A stretch of 64,000 bases of DNA from an uncultured Chloroflexia bacterium (GTDB taxonomy: Bacteria; Chloroflexota; Anaerolineae; CG2-30-64-16). Within the stretch, counting starts at the first letter, position 1. Every line of letters begins with the position of its first letter. This document shows, one piece after another, positions 29,091 to 42,921 of the stretch. Location: NCBI GenBank assembly GCA_963774265.1, contig CAVZDU010000008.1, positions 290,074-354,073 of the forward strand, written 5' to 3'. Under the pieces are notes generated by a model. The model was not told the DNA's origin and searched no databases. It saw only the letters and a list, made by a program, of their open reading frames with translations. A program made the translations under genes and the position numbers.

Positions 29091-30298
29091 TTAAGGGGAT
29101 CGACGAAGCGCATCCCGAATCTGGCTCATATGCTCGTCCCAATGCTGGTCGGCCTGAAGCAGGTTATGGCCGATACGCCAGTAGCTGCCCCGGTGCACCA
29201 CGACCTCATCCGGCAGGGCGGCGATAATCCCTTCCGTTTCGTGAAGGCTGTCGTGCACTGCGCCGAGCATCTGTTTGACAGTGGGATTCACCGCCAGCAG
29301 CGCAGACAATCGGGCGGAGACGTTGGTCGAGTCGGTGTATCGATCAGAAAAACGCTCATCGTCGTTGATGATATCGGTGAGCCAGGTGTGCGTTTCGCGC
29401 TCAACAATGACAAGGTGCGCCACCACTTCGAGGGCGCTCCATTCACCCGGGGCAGGCCGCAGATTGGCCTCACTTTCTGGCACGCCTGAAAGCAGCGAAT
29501 CGAGCATGTCCAGCAAACGCGAGTCTGATCTGGCGAAGTACGGCGGCCAGGCCGGCAGGGGTGGACGGGATGTCGGGTAACAGCCGGGACGATAGGACTA
29601 TCGGTGAAACGTGGCGTGCTTTGCCTCGATAAAAGACGATTTCGACGATGTCGCCAGAACGTTTGCCCTGCAGTGCGCCGACGAGTGCGGGGAAATCACG
29701 CGTGGGCTTGCTATCAAGTTCGACGATGATGTCATTGCCCTGCAACCCGGCCTTGGCAGCCGCGAAACCGGGAACGACCCCGGTCAATCGGATGCCCTCG
29801 GTAACAGGCACGCCGAGCCTCTGGGCGATCTGGACGTTAAAATCTTCCAGTGTAATGCCCAACATCGGCCTGCGGGTATAACGCAGGTCTTCGCCTCTTT
29901 CCAGAAGCGACTGCAGATTCTCCAGCCCGGCGGTCCAACCGCGCTCGAATTCTGCTCGGGCCCGGTCCCATGCCTCGCCCTCACCCATTCCACGGTGGAT
30001 CAAGGTCACCCTCGTGGTCTGCCCCTGGTCTTCCAGCCTGACCTCAACCTGTGTGGCTGCGGGCTCATCCTTACCCATCCAGGTGAACACAACAAGGCGA
30101 TCTTGCTCCAGCGTCGTGTACTCACCGGCCACGTAGTAGCCGGCGTTCCACCACAGGTAGATTCGGCCACCTGGTCGCGCGTCGGCCAGGGCGACATCAC
30201 ACAGCCAGTCGCGGCAAGGGAGTCGCACGGGTAAAGGCGCGGAACGCCTCCGCTGCAGGCGCGTTGACGGTCCGCTGATATTCGAGGGACTGGGCCAT
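29091..30298 (-). CDS. SRPBCC(AHSA1)-PDZ-DinB-like fusion protein (two frameshifts)
   Basis: Three consecutive frames: SRPBCC (TRVTLIHRG...GWTAGLENL), PDZ (LGITL...AAKAGLQGNDII), DinB-like (RPAPGEWSALEVVAHL...EHMSQI). Confidence 0.7.
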
Positions 30299-30319
30299 GG
30301 TTGCCTCCGAAGGTGCTGA

Positions 30320-30402
30320 TAGGGCGGGTGGGACTCGAACCCACAAGGTCTCTCAACCCTCGGTTTTTAAGACCGATGCGTCTGCCATTCCGCCACCGCC
30401 CC
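30320..30402 (-). tRNA. tRNA-Leu (TAA)
   Basis: Acceptor stem GGGGCGG...CCGCCCT-A, anticodon arm TCGGT-CTTAAAA-ACCGA, long variable arm, T-arm GTGGG-TTCGAGT-CCCAC. Confidence 0.96.
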
Positions 30403-30459
30403 GTGGAAGGCTATTATACCTTCCTCGCATAGATAGAGCAACGATTGGCCACCGGGGAA

Positions 30460-31989
30460 TCACCCTCCCGCACGGGCGAGTTGCGCGTAGCTTTCTCGCA
30501 ACGTGGGATACAAACCTAGAAACACGCCATACAGATCATCATAGATGCGGTGATTTGCCTCGTTGGGTAAGTACTCGCGCTGAATCTGCACCACGGCCGC
30601 TTTGGCCTCCGCAAAGTCTCGATACACGCCAACCCCGACACCCGCCATGATGACGTCGCCCATCGCCGCACCGGTGGCGGCACGCGGCAGGCGCACCGGC
30701 TTGCCCAACACATCCGCCTTGATCTGGTTCCAAAGGGCGCTGCGCGCACCTCCGCCCACGCAACTCATCCCCGACACCTCGAAACCCGCTGCCTGCGCGG
30801 CCTCCAGGTTATGCCGCAACCCATACGCCGCGCCTTCGAGGATCGCGCGCACCATATCTGCCTTCGTCGACGCCAGTGACAACCCGAAGAAGACCCCTCG
30901 AGCAGCGCCGTCCCAAATGGGTGATCGCTCCCCGAACATGTAGGGCAGGAACACCAGCCGGTTTGCGCCTGCCGGGCTCGTCGCAGCCAATTCGTCGAGC
31001 AACTGGAATGGATCGCGGCCGAGCGTCTCTGCCCTGCCGCGCTCTTCATCGGCAAGTTGGTCGCGCCACCATCGGAGCGAGCCGCCGCCCGCGGCCGAAC
31101 CGCCAACAGCCAGGTACTTGCCTGGCACACCATGTATCAGGGAGATGAGATCGCGGCCAAGGTAAGGCTGGCTGGCGCAGATGAGGATCACGGTGGATTG
31201 CCCGGTCATCTCGACCGCGTCGCCGTCCTGCAGCAGCCCGGCTTCGACCGCGGCCGCAGTTCCGTCGATCGCACCGGCGATAACGGGCGTGCCAGGGGCG
31301 AGTCCCGTTGCCGCGGCCGCGGTCAATGTCACCTGTCCCACGACTTCGCTGCATTGCGCCAGCCGCGGCATCTTGTCCAGGTCGATCCTCATGCGCGCCG
31401 CGAGGAAGTCCGAATAGGTGAGTCTCTGGCTGTCAAAGAAGAGGGTCATTGGCCCGCTGGATACATCCATGCACCGCACATCCGTCAGGCGCTGGATGAT
31501 GTACCCGTTTGACTGGAGCACTGCAGCAGTGCGCCGATAGACTTCCGGCTCGTTGTCCTTAATCCATAGCCACTTGGGGGCGAAGTACGACGAGTCGATG
31601 CGCGCACCGTTGATCCGCGTGATCTCAGCTTCGTCGACGTGCTCGCGCAGCCAGGCGCATTGCGCTTCGCTCCGCCGGTCAAGCCAGAGGATAGCCGGCC
31701 GGAGCGGTTCGCCGGCCGCATCCACCGGCACCGCGCCGATCCCCTGCCCGCTGACGCCGATGCCTACGACGTCCTCCCCAGCCGCGCTGGCCTGGTATAG
31801 CAGGCGCGGCAAGACAGCACAGCAGGCGCGCCACCACGTCTGGGGATCCTGCTCGGCCCAGTTCGGGTGCGGGTAGCAGATCTCGTATTCCTGGTTGACC
31901 TGGGCCAACAGCGTGCCGTCTGCGTCTGCTAGAACTGCCTTGAGACCGGTGGTGCCGGCATCAATGCCCAGCAGAAGTCTGCGCGTCAT
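30460..31989 (-). CDS. FGGY-family carbohydrate kinase (xylulokinase-like)
   Basis: LGIDAGTTGLK, EQDP, ILWLDRR, FLPYMFGERSP, GGGARSALWNQIKAD. Confidence 0.9.
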   Translation of the reverse strand: MTRRLLLGIDAGTTGLKAVLADADGTLLAQVNQEYEICYPHPNWAEQDPQTWWRACCAVLPRLLYQASAAGEDVVGIGVSGQGIGAVPVDAAGEPLRPAILWLDRRSEAQCAWLREHVDEAEITRINGARIDSSYFAPKWLWIKDNEPEVYRRTAAVLQSNGYIIQRLTDVRCMDVSSGPMTLFFDSQRLTYSDFLAARMRIDLDKMPRLAQCSEVVGQVTLTAAAATGLAPGTPVIAGAIDGTAAAVEAGLLQDGDAVEMTGQSTVILICASQPYLGRDLISLIHGVPGKYLAVGGSAAGGGSLRWWRDQLADEERGRAETLGRDPFQLLDELAATSPAGANRLVFLPYMFGERSPIWDGAARGVFFGLSLASTKADMVRAILEGAAYGLRHNLEAAQAAGFEVSGMSCVGGGARSALWNQIKADVLGKPVRLPRAATGAAMGDVIMAGVGVGVYRDFAEAKAAVVQIQREYLPNEANHRIYDDLYGVFLGLYPTLRESYAQLARAGG

Positions 31990-32020
31990 GCCTCAGCACC
32001 ACCGGTTCGCAGCGGTGCGC

Positions 32021-32935
32021 TCAATAGACATCCGGGACGAACGTCTGGTCCGTGATGGGTGGGCGCACGTAGCCCCCATCGGCCTGCCGCGGGGGCAGGG
32101 TAATCTCCTCAGGCGTCAGGTCCTGGTAGGGCACCTGGCCGAGCAAATGCCGGATCACATTGAGACGCGCGTGGCGCTTGTCGTCCGACGGGACGACCGT
32201 CCAGGGCGCCTGCTTGATGTCCGTGGACGCGAACATCGCATCCTTGGCCATGGAGTACTCCACCCACTTGGTCCGCGATTGCATGTCCATCGGGCTGAGC
32301 TTCCAACGCTTGGTCGGATCCTCCATGCGTGCCTGGAACCGCCGCTCCTGCTCGTCATCGCTCACTGAGAACCAATACTTGATGAGGATGATGCCTGAAC
32401 GCACGAGCATCCGCTCGAACTCGGGGCATGAACGCAGGAACTCGCGGTACTCATCGTCGGTGCAAAAGCCCATGACGCGATCCACACCGGCCCGGTTGTA
32501 CCAGCTCCGGTCGAAGAGGACCATCTCGCCCGCTGCGGGGAGATATTGGACGTACCGCTGGAAGTACCACTGCGATTTCTCACGTTCGGTGGGGATGCCC
32601 AGGGCTACGACACGTGCAATGCGTGGATTCAAGGGTGCGGTGATGGTCTTGATGGTGCCTCCCTTGCCGGCTGCATCACGGCCCTCGAAGATGACCACCA
32701 CTCGCAACCGCTGGGCCTTGATCCACTCCTGGAGCTTCACCAGTTCCACGTTCAGCTTGGCGAGCTCGTTCTCGTAAAACTCGCGTTTCATGCGCGGCTT
32801 CTCGCCTTGCGCTGGTTTGGCCTCAGCTTCGTTCTTGTGGCTCTCCTGGCCGGGAGCGAGTTCGGGGCCATTCTCCGGCTCATCGTTGTGCTTGTCCTTC
32901 TTCTTCTTCTCCGGCTTCTCCTTGTTCTTGGACAT
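32021..32935 (-). CDS. ppk2: Polyphosphate kinase 2 (class I-like)
   Basis: FEGRDAAGKGG, QWYFQRY, FDRSWYNRAGV, WKLSPMD. Confidence 0.95.
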   Translation of the reverse strand: MSKNKEKPEKKKKDKHNDEPENGPELAPGQESHKNEAEAKPAQGEKPRMKREFYENELAKLNVELVKLQEWIKAQRLRVVVIFEGRDAAGKGGTIKTITAPLNPRIARVVALGIPTEREKSQWYFQRYVQYLPAAGEMVLFDRSWYNRAGVDRVMGFCTDDEYREFLRSCPEFERMLVRSGIILIKYWFSVSDDEQERRFQARMEDPTKRWKLSPMDMQSRTKWVEYSMAKDAMFASTDIKQAPWTVVPSDDKRHARLNVIRHLLGQVPYQDLTPEEITLPPRQADGGYVRPPITDQTFVPDVY

Positions 32936-32983
32936 TAGATACCTCCCTTCACTGAATGAAAAAGGAACGCTTGCTTATCTTCT

Positions 32984-34621
32984 CTAAGGGGCCGCCAACG
33001 CCAACCCCAACGAACGTCTGAAGGCAGGACCGGTCAGGTTCTTCCAGGGTGCGGGAAATGTCGCGAGCAGGTCAGATTGCACCTGCTGCTGCGCCAGGCG
33101 ATAGGCCTCCACTCCCGGCAGAGGCGGCGGGGGAGGCGCCTTTTTCTTGCGCCGGCCTTGCGCCGCCAGGAACTCCGCAATCAGGCCTTCGGCAACGTGC
33201 GCATCCTGCATCGCGCCAAGCAAATCCTGCAAGTTGGTGACTTGCTTGATCAGAGCGGGCGCCTCAGGTCCTAGCAGCGGCTCAAAAAACTCCAGCGCAT
33301 ACCGCAGCCGCTTGCAGTCGATCCGCAGCATGTGATAGGTGGTGATCGGTGCAGCGGCCAGGATGGGCTCATAAGCGCGGACCTGTTCATAGCGCTCCAT
33401 CACCAACCGCGGCACGATGTGACGCACCTGGTGCGCCACCGGCTGCCCATCGGGAATCGGCCGTGCATGGGAGCCAGGCGTCTCCAGAAACGCCCGGAAC
33501 TCGTCGACAAAGCGGCGATAGGCCGAACCATCCAGGTACTCGGTCAGCTCCTGTCGGGATCCGTCCCGTGATGCGCGCCAGTTCTCGAGGAGCGTCTGAA
33601 TGGTCAATCCACCGTCAGGCGGCAAACCCGCCTCATACGCCTCGGCCTTCTCAATCAGAACATCAAGATCTCGCACCACTCCCAGCGTCTGCCCGGTGCG
33701 TCGCAAGCCTTTGTTGAATCGCTTGACTGCCTTGGCTTCGTAGAACGGCTCAAAGATCCGAAAGGCGGCGCGCATCCGTCGCGTCGACACGCGCATATCA
33801 TGCAGAAATTCAATATCCACGCCCTCACGCGTGCCGGCTTCGTTGGCCAGCATTTTCATGAAGTGCGTAAAAATCACCTTTCGACCGGCCTCGCTCATCG
33901 AGTCATCGGGGTACATGGGTGGAGACGGGGGGGATGCCGGTGCTTCCTCGGACTGGGCGCACTCAGCGACGCGCGGAACAGCGGCTACCATCCGATGGCG
34001 TGTCTGGCGCATACGACGCGCGCTGAGCGCCCGCTCGAACTTGGAACACGGCTCGGGCGTAAGACCATGCTCGCTCTGCAGCACGTCGGACACCAGGGCC
34101 AAATCAACTTCCGTACCGTCGGGCGCCAGCTCGACCTCAAGTTCATAATAGCAGGACGGCCGCTTGCCGGAGCTCGCGCGCACTTCGTCCAGGCTCACCT
34201 CCGCCACACGGCGCTCGGCATCCATGAGATCGCGCTTTTCACGGGTCTGCTTCAGATCAACGAGGGGTTGTAGGGGCGCGCCCCCGGTAAGCTCCAACGC
34301 CAGTTCCCGCGCCGCGCCAGGCGGCCAATCGGCCGGATCCAGCACCTCGGAGGATAGCTCCACCTCATGCTCCGCCCGGCGATGCACCGCGCCATCTGCA
34401 TCGCCCACGCCCTTCAGCGTCACAAGGATTTGATCACCCTGGCTCCGCAGCCGGCATGAAAAGCTCGCAGCCAGTAACCGGCCCTCGGAGGTATCGTAGT
34501 AGCGATCCGTCACCTGCACGCGATCGAGAGGCGTCAACGAATACCCCGCCAGGTCCTGCAAGCGCAACAGCGTCCGGTGAACCTTGCGGTTGGGTATCCT
34601 GAATTTGGCTTCGACTTCCAT
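32984..34621 (-). CDS. CYTH + CHAD domain protein (polyphosphate-associated)
   Basis: N-terminal EVEAKF...DRYYDT...ELEVEL (CYTH). LHDMRVSTRRMR, RDLDV, HMLRIDCKRLRYALE (CHAD). Upstream of ppk2. Confidence 0.9.
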   Translation of the reverse strand: MEVEAKFRIPNRKVHRTLLRLQDLAGYSLTPLDRVQVTDRYYDTSEGRLLAASFSCRLRSQGDQILVTLKGVGDADGAVHRRAEHEVELSSEVLDPADWPPGAARELALELTGGAPLQPLVDLKQTREKRDLMDAERRVAEVSLDEVRASSGKRPSCYYELEVELAPDGTEVDLALVSDVLQSEHGLTPEPCSKFERALSARRMRQTRHRMVAAVPRVAECAQSEEAPASPPSPPMYPDDSMSEAGRKVIFTHFMKMLANEAGTREGVDIEFLHDMRVSTRRMRAAFRIFEPFYEAKAVKRFNKGLRRTGQTLGVVRDLDVLIEKAEAYEAGLPPDGGLTIQTLLENWRASRDGSRQELTEYLDGSAYRRFVDEFRAFLETPGSHARPIPDGQPVAHQVRHIVPRLVMERYEQVRAYEPILAAAPITTYHMLRIDCKRLRYALEFFEPLLGPEAPALIKQVTNLQDLLGAMQDAHVAEGLIAEFLAAQGRRKKKAPPPPPLPGVEAYRLAQQQVQSDLLATFPAPWKNLTGPAFRRSLGLALAAP

Positions 34622-34764
34622 CTGCTTCCTTTCGAACGCGCGCATGGCAGTCACACACAATTGAGGCAGCGAAAGTATAACACACTCGCAAACAGCTGAG
34701 CAAGGCTTCGCAGGGCCAATTTGACAAAAGGGCGAGATCGTAATACACCCGCTGTGGAGGTCTT

Positions 34765-35910
34765 ATGTTGATCATCAGACATGCAAACGTGGTGACGCCG
34801 GTCGGGCAAATTGCTGACGGCGCTGTCGTCGTGGAGAACGGCCGGATCATCGCCGTGGGGCGGGAGTCTGAGGTGGGTGCTCCCCCTGGCGCCGAGGTCC
34901 TCGATGCCAGGGGTCTGATCCTCGCTCCCGGCTTCATCGACCTGCAGGTAAACGGCGCGTTCGGGGCCGATTTCACGGCCGATCCGGCCCAGATTTGGCC
35001 AGTCGCGCGAGAATATGCCCGCTATGGTGTAACCGCGTTCCTGCCGACGATTATCACCTCGCCGCTGAAGAATGTTGCGGCCGCACAGGCAATCGTTTGT
35101 CAGACGCCATCGGGCTTCCGAGGCGCGCAGCCTTTGGGCTTGCATGTTGAGGGACCCTTCCTCAACCCCACCCGCAAGGGCGCACACAACCCGCGCTATT
35201 TGCGGCTGCCCTCGCTTGATGCTGTTGAGGATTGGTCCCCTGCTACTGGCGTGCGAATGGTCACACTTGCCCCGGAACTGCCCGGTGCAGCGGAGGTCAT
35301 CGCCAGCTTGGCCGGCCGGGGCATCCTCGTGAGCGCAGGTCACAGCACGGCGACCTACGCCGAAGCGCTACGGGGGTTTGATGCGGGCATCCGCTACGGA
35401 ACGCACTTGTTCAATGCCATGCCGCCCCTGGCGCACCGCGAGCCGGGACTGCCGGGCGCGTTGCTCACCGACCCTCGCCCCGCTGTCGGTTTCATCCCCG
35501 ATGGCATCCACACGCACCCAGCCATCATCAACATAGCCTGGAAGCAACTCGGTCCCGCACGTTTCAGCATGGTGACCGATTGCATGGCCGCACTTGGCAT
35601 GGGGCCGGGACGGCATCTCCTCGGCGACTTCGAAGTCGTGGTCGACGCGACCAGCGCGCGCCTTGGCGACGGCACACTGGCCGGCAGCATTCTGTCCTTG
35701 GATCAGGGCGTTCGTAACCTGATCGCCCACACAGGGTGCTTGCTAGAGGACGCGCTTGCGACTGTAACGACCACGCCCGCACGTCTGCTTGGACTCGATC
35801 ATGAGCGCGGCTGCATTGCACCAGGGTTTGTTGCAGACCTGGTCCTGCTGTCGCCCGACCTCCAGGTGCAGGCCACCCTCGCGCACGGTGAAGTTGTCTA
35901 TCGCGCCTAA
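34765..35910 (+). CDS. nagA: N-acetylglucosamine-6-phosphate deacetylase
   Basis: PGFIDLQVNG, HVEGPFL...KGAH, TLAPE, GHS, THLFNAM, DGIH, LAGS. Confidence 0.95.
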   Translation: MLIIRHANVVTPVGQIADGAVVVENGRIIAVGRESEVGAPPGAEVLDARGLILAPGFIDLQVNGAFGADFTADPAQIWPVAREYARYGVTAFLPTIITSPLKNVAAAQAIVCQTPSGFRGAQPLGLHVEGPFLNPTRKGAHNPRYLRLPSLDAVEDWSPATGVRMVTLAPELPGAAEVIASLAGRGILVSAGHSTATYAEALRGFDAGIRYGTHLFNAMPPLAHREPGLPGALLTDPRPAVGFIPDGIHTHPAIINIAWKQLGPARFSMVTDCMAALGMGPGRHLLGDFEVVVDATSARLGDGTLAGSILSLDQGVRNLIAHTGCLLEDALATVTTTPARLLGLDHERGCIAPGFVADLVLLSPDLQVQATLAHGEVVYRA

Positions 35911-35957
35911 ACCGATCTCACGCACTGACCGACAATCACAACCCAGACGCCCAATAA

Positions 35958-36007
35958 ACGGTTGCCACAGGGACCGCCGTGTTCTCAGCGATCTCTGTGG
36001 CAACCGT
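35958..36007. terminator. Hairpin between convergent nagA and GyrA/ParC paralogue
   Basis: ACGGTTGCCACAG...CTGTGGCAACCGT. Confidence 0.6.
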
Positions 36008-36017
36008 CGTGCTTTGG

Positions 36018-39280
<3,263 letters not shown>

Positions 39281-39304
39281 CAAAATCCCTTTGCCGCGTG
39301 ATTC

Positions 39305-41365
39305 CTAAGCTTCATCCCTGAGCTGTTCCCACACCGGCCGTGTGTCTTGAGCCTGCAACGCCTGTCGCAACTCAATGATTTCGTCCCGCAAGATCGCCGC
39401 CTTCTCGAACTCCAGGTTCTGCGCCGCGGTCTTCATTTGTTTCTCCAGGTCTTTGATCAATCGAGTGACCTCATCCTTTGGCATCGCCGTTGGCCCCACG
39501 TGGTACTCAGGACCCCCCTCGGCGACTGCAGGCGCGCCGCCGAAGCGCGGGCGCGGCCCACCGTGCTCCGAATGGAGACGTTGCGTCAGGTCACGCACGG
39601 ACTTGACAATGGACTGGGGCACGATCCCGTGCACCAGGTTGTGCGCCTCTTGCTTTGCCCGCCGCCGATTCGTCTCGTCGATGGCGCGGCGCATGGAGTT
39701 GGTGATGTTGTCCGCGTATAAGATCGCAGTCCCTTCCACGTGCCGGGCGGCGCGCCCAATGGTTTGAATGAGTGCCTGTTCGGACCGCAGGAATCCTTCC
39801 TTGTCCGCGTCCAGGATCGCGACCAGGCTCACTTCGGGCAAGTCCAACCCCTCTCGCAGCAGATTGATGCCCACCACCACATCATACACCCCAAGGCGCA
39901 AATCCCGCAGAATTTCAACGCGCTCAAGGGTCTGCACTTCCGAGTGCAGATAGTGAACCTTGACCCCCACCTCTTGCAGATAGTCGGCCAGGTCTTCCGC
40001 CATGCGCTTGGTCAGCGTGGTCACCAACACACGCTGTCCGTGGGCCACCCGATTGCGAATCTCCTTCAACAGGTCGTCCACCTGCCCCTTAGTCGGCCTG
40101 ATCTCCACCTGGGGATCGACCAGGCCCGTGGGGCGGATGATCTGCTCCACCACCTGGGCCGACTTGCTAAGCTCGTAAGCAGCCGGCGTGGCCGAGGTGT
40201 ACACAACCTGGTTCACCGTCTCCTCGAACTCTTCGAATTTCAGCGGCCGGTTGTCCAGGGCGCACGGCAGCCGGAACCCATAGTCGACCAGCACCTCCTT
40301 GCGCGAGCGGTCGCCGTTGTACATGCCGTGCACCTGAGGAATCGTCATGTGCGACTCGTCGACGATCAGCAGCCAGTCACTCGGGAAATAATCCAGCAGC
40401 GTGAACGGCCGTGAGCCGGGCGGCCGCAGCGCCAGGGGCCGGCTGTAGTTTTCGATCCCCGAGCAGTAACCCACTTCGCGCAGCATTTCGAGGTCGTACT
40501 TTGTGCGCTGTTCCAGCCGCTGCGCCTCCAAAAGCTTGCCTTCGTCCTTGAATTTCTTGAGCTGCCCTTCCAGTTCCTCTTCGATAATCTGGATCGCCTC
40601 AGTGAGCTTGTCCTGTGGTGTGATAAAGTGCTTCGCTGGGAAGACCTCGATCTCGTCCAGCTTGCGCAAGACCTCGCCGGTTAACGGGTCGATCTCCGTA
40701 ATCCGGTCTACTTCGTCGCCGAAGAGCTCCACCCGGTACGCCAGGTCCGCGTACGCGGGCATCAACTCCAGGGTGTCTCCGCGCACCCTGAACTTGCCGC
40801 GGCGCAGCTCAAGGTCGTTGCGTTCGTAGTAGATATCAACCAATTCGCGCAGCACGAGCTCACGGCGATAGCGCTCGCCCACCTTGAGCTTCACAGTGAC
40901 CCGGCCATACTCCGCCGGATCGCCCAGGCCATAGATGCACGACACTGACGCCACGATCAGGACATCAGGACGACTCAGCAGAGCCGACGTGGCGGCGAGT
41001 CGTAGCCGGTCAATCTCATCGTTGATCTGCGAGTCTTTCTCGATGTACGTGTCTGTTCGCGGCAGGTACGCCTCGGGTTGGTAGTAGTCGTAGTAACTAA
41101 CGAAGTACTCCACCGCGTTGTCCGGGAAAAACTCCTTGAACTCGCTGTAGAGTTGCGCGGCCAGCGTCTTGTTATGTGCCAGGATGAGCGCAGGGCGGTT
41201 AAGCTGCTCGATGATGGCCGCCATGACATACGTCTTGCCGGTCCCCGTTGCTCCCAGCAGCGTCTGATGCTGATAGCCCTTGCGAAGCCCGTCCGCCAGC
41301 TTTGCGATGGCTTCGGGCTGATCGCCTGTCGGTTTGAAATCAGATACCAGTTTGAAATCGGGCAT
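39305..41365 (-). CDS. uvrB: Excinuclease ABC subunit B
   Basis: [36 protein letters not shown]-terminal UVR domain [11 protein letters not shown]. Confidence 0.98.
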   Translation of the reverse strand: MPDFKLVSDFKPTGDQPEAIAKLADGLRKGYQHQTLLGATGTGKTYVMAAIIEQLNRPALILAHNKTLAAQLYSEFKEFFPDNAVEYFVSYYDYYQPEAYLPRTDTYIEKDSQINDEIDRLRLAATSALLSRPDVLIVASVSCIYGLGDPAEYGRVTVKLKVGERYRRELVLRELVDIYYERNDLELRRGKFRVRGDTLELMPAYADLAYRVELFGDEVDRITEIDPLTGEVLRKLDEIEVFPAKHFITPQDKLTEAIQIIEEELEGQLKKFKDEGKLLEAQRLEQRTKYDLEMLREVGYCSGIENYSRPLALRPPGSRPFTLLDYFPSDWLLIVDESHMTIPQVHGMYNGDRSRKEVLVDYGFRLPCALDNRPLKFEEFEETVNQVVYTSATPAAYELSKSAQVVEQIIRPTGLVDPQVEIRPTKGQVDDLLKEIRNRVAHGQRVLVTTLTKRMAEDLADYLQEVGVKVHYLHSEVQTLERVEILRDLRLGVYDVVVGINLLREGLDLPEVSLVAILDADKEGFLRSEQALIQTIGRAARHVEGTAILYADNITNSMRRAIDETNRRRAKQEAHNLVHGIVPQSIVKSVRDLTQRLHSEHGGPRPRFGGAPAVAEGGPEYHVGPTAMPKDEVTRLIKDLEKQMKTAAQNLEFEKAAILRDEIIELRQALQAQDTRPVWEQLRDEA

Positions 41366-41444
41366 ACGCTCCCACTTTCAGTGACATTGTCACTACTTGC
41401 ATGATAATCCATCGCTCACCAGGATGCAAAAATCGACAGGCTGT

Positions 41445-41460
41445 CCGAACGCTCGTTCGG
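41445..41460. promoter_or_regulatory. LexA (SOS) box upstream of uvrB
   Basis: CCGAAC-GCTC-GTTCGG matches the GAAC-N4-GTTC consensus of Firmicutes/Actinobacteria/Chloroflexi LexA. About 80 bp from the uvrB start. Confidence 0.8.
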
Positions 41461-41481
41461 AAAACTGCTCTTCAAATTCCC

Positions 41482-41521
41482 TCACCAAACTATTGACAAA
41501 ACCTATACAACATGGTAAACT
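41482..41521 (+). promoter_or_regulatory. Promoter of carotenoid operon 1 with CarH/LitR-like repeats
   Basis: TTGACA (41493) - 17 nt - TAAACT (41516). TCACCA, TTGACA and TATACA occur at 11-bp spacing. Confidence 0.7.
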
Positions 41522-41560
41522 CCTGTCTAATGTAAGGTGCAAGAGAGGGAGGCTGCAGAC

Positions 41561-42481
41561 ATGCGGGTGATCATTACCGGAGGAACGGGATTCATCGGAC
41601 GGCAGCTCGCGGCGGAGTTGCTCGCTGCGGGGTATGAGGTTGTGGCTCTAAGCCGCAATCCCGGGAAGGTCGTCGGGTTGCCACCAAAGGTGCAGGTGGA
41701 GCGCTGGGATGCAACCTCCGCCCGCGGCTGGGGCTCCCTGGCCGACGGCGCGCTCGGCATCGTCAACCTGGCCGGCGAAAACCTGGCCGGCGAAGGGTTC
41801 CTGCCCTCGCGCTGGACGGACGAGCGCAAGGCTCGCATCCGCGACAGCCGGCGGAACGCGGGCCGGGCGGTTGTCGAGGCGGTCGATGCCGCGGCGGTCA
41901 AACCCAGTGTTGTGATCCAATCATCAGGCATCGGTCACTACGGCCATCGTAACGACAAGGTGTTCGTCGAGTTCGATCCACCAGGAGAAGACTTTCTCGC
42001 ACAGGTCACCGTAGATTGGGAGGCCAGCACCGCACCGGTTGCCCTGTATGGTGTCCGTCACGTCGGCACGCGTTCGGGCGTGGTCCTCAGCCCGGATGAG
42101 GGCGCGCTGAATCGGCTCATCCTCCCCTTCAAACTATTCGCCGGCGGGCCAATGGGCAGCGGCAAGCAAGGCTTTTCATGGATCCACCCCGCGGATGAGA
42201 TCGCCGCGATCCGCTTTCTCATCGAGAATGAGGCGGCGAACGGGCCGTTCAACCTGGTCGCGCCCCAACCCACCACCTTTCGCGAGTTCGGTGTGACCCT
42301 GGCCCGCGTGATGCGCCGGCCCTACTGGTTCCCCGTCCCCGCCTTTGCCCTGCGTGCCGCGCTAGGCGATGTCGCATCGACGGTGCTGGAAGGCCAGCGC
42401 GCAATGCCCGAGAAACTTCTGAATCTTGGCTTCCAGTTCCGCTTTCCCACCGCCGAAAGTGCTTTGAGAGATTTGATATGA
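41561..42481 (+). CDS. TIGR01777-family NAD-dependent epimerase/oxidoreductase
   Basis: ITGGTGFIG, VNLAGE, RWT...IRDSR, DFLAQV..DWE, SWIH, GPFNLVAP. Confidence 0.9.
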   Translation: MRVIITGGTGFIGRQLAAELLAAGYEVVALSRNPGKVVGLPPKVQVERWDATSARGWGSLADGALGIVNLAGENLAGEGFLPSRWTDERKARIRDSRRNAGRAVVEAVDAAAVKPSVVIQSSGIGHYGHRNDKVFVEFDPPGEDFLAQVTVDWEASTAPVALYGVRHVGTRSGVVLSPDEGALNRLILPFKLFAGGPMGSGKQGFSWIHPADEIAAIRFLIENEAANGPFNLVAPQPTTFREFGVTLARVMRRPYWFPVPAFALRAALGDVASTVLEGQRAMPEKLLNLGFQFRFPTAESALRDLI

Positions 42482-42921
42482 GATTTGAGCATCGTTTCAG
42501 AGTGCGTGCGCCTATCGAGAAGGTGGCGGAGTTCCACAGCAATTCGGCGAGCATGGGTGCGATCACGCCCCCACCGATGATCGTCTTGGTCCATTCTGCA
42601 CCCAAAACGCTCAAGAGCGGCGACCGAATGGATTTCACCCTCTGGGCCGGGCCGGTCCCCATCCGCTGGGTCGCGGCCATCGAGGACGCCTCGCCAGCCG
42701 GGTTTACGGACCGCCAGGTGCGCGGGCCGTTCGCCTCATGGACGCACCACCATAACTTCGAGCGCGTGGATGACCGCACCACGGATGTCGTGGATCGCGT
42801 CGAGGCTACCCCAAAGAAGCACCTGTTCTGGGGTCTGGTCGGCCGGCTGATGTGGGCCGGCATGCCCATCTTGTTCGCATTTCGCGGCCGCCGGACCCGC
42901 GCGCGCCTCGAAAAGTCATGA
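42478..42921 (+). CDS. SRPBCC/cyclase-like protein
   Basis: ITPP...[19 protein letters not shown]...DRV. Translationally coupled to both neighbours. Confidence 0.85.
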   Translation: MRFEHRFRVRAPIEKVAEFHSNSASMGAITPPPMIVLVHSAPKTLKSGDRMDFTLWAGPVPIRWVAAIEDASPAGFTDRQVRGPFASWTHHHNFERVDDRTTDVVDRVEATPKKHLFWGLVGRLMWAGMPILFAFRGRRTRARLEKS

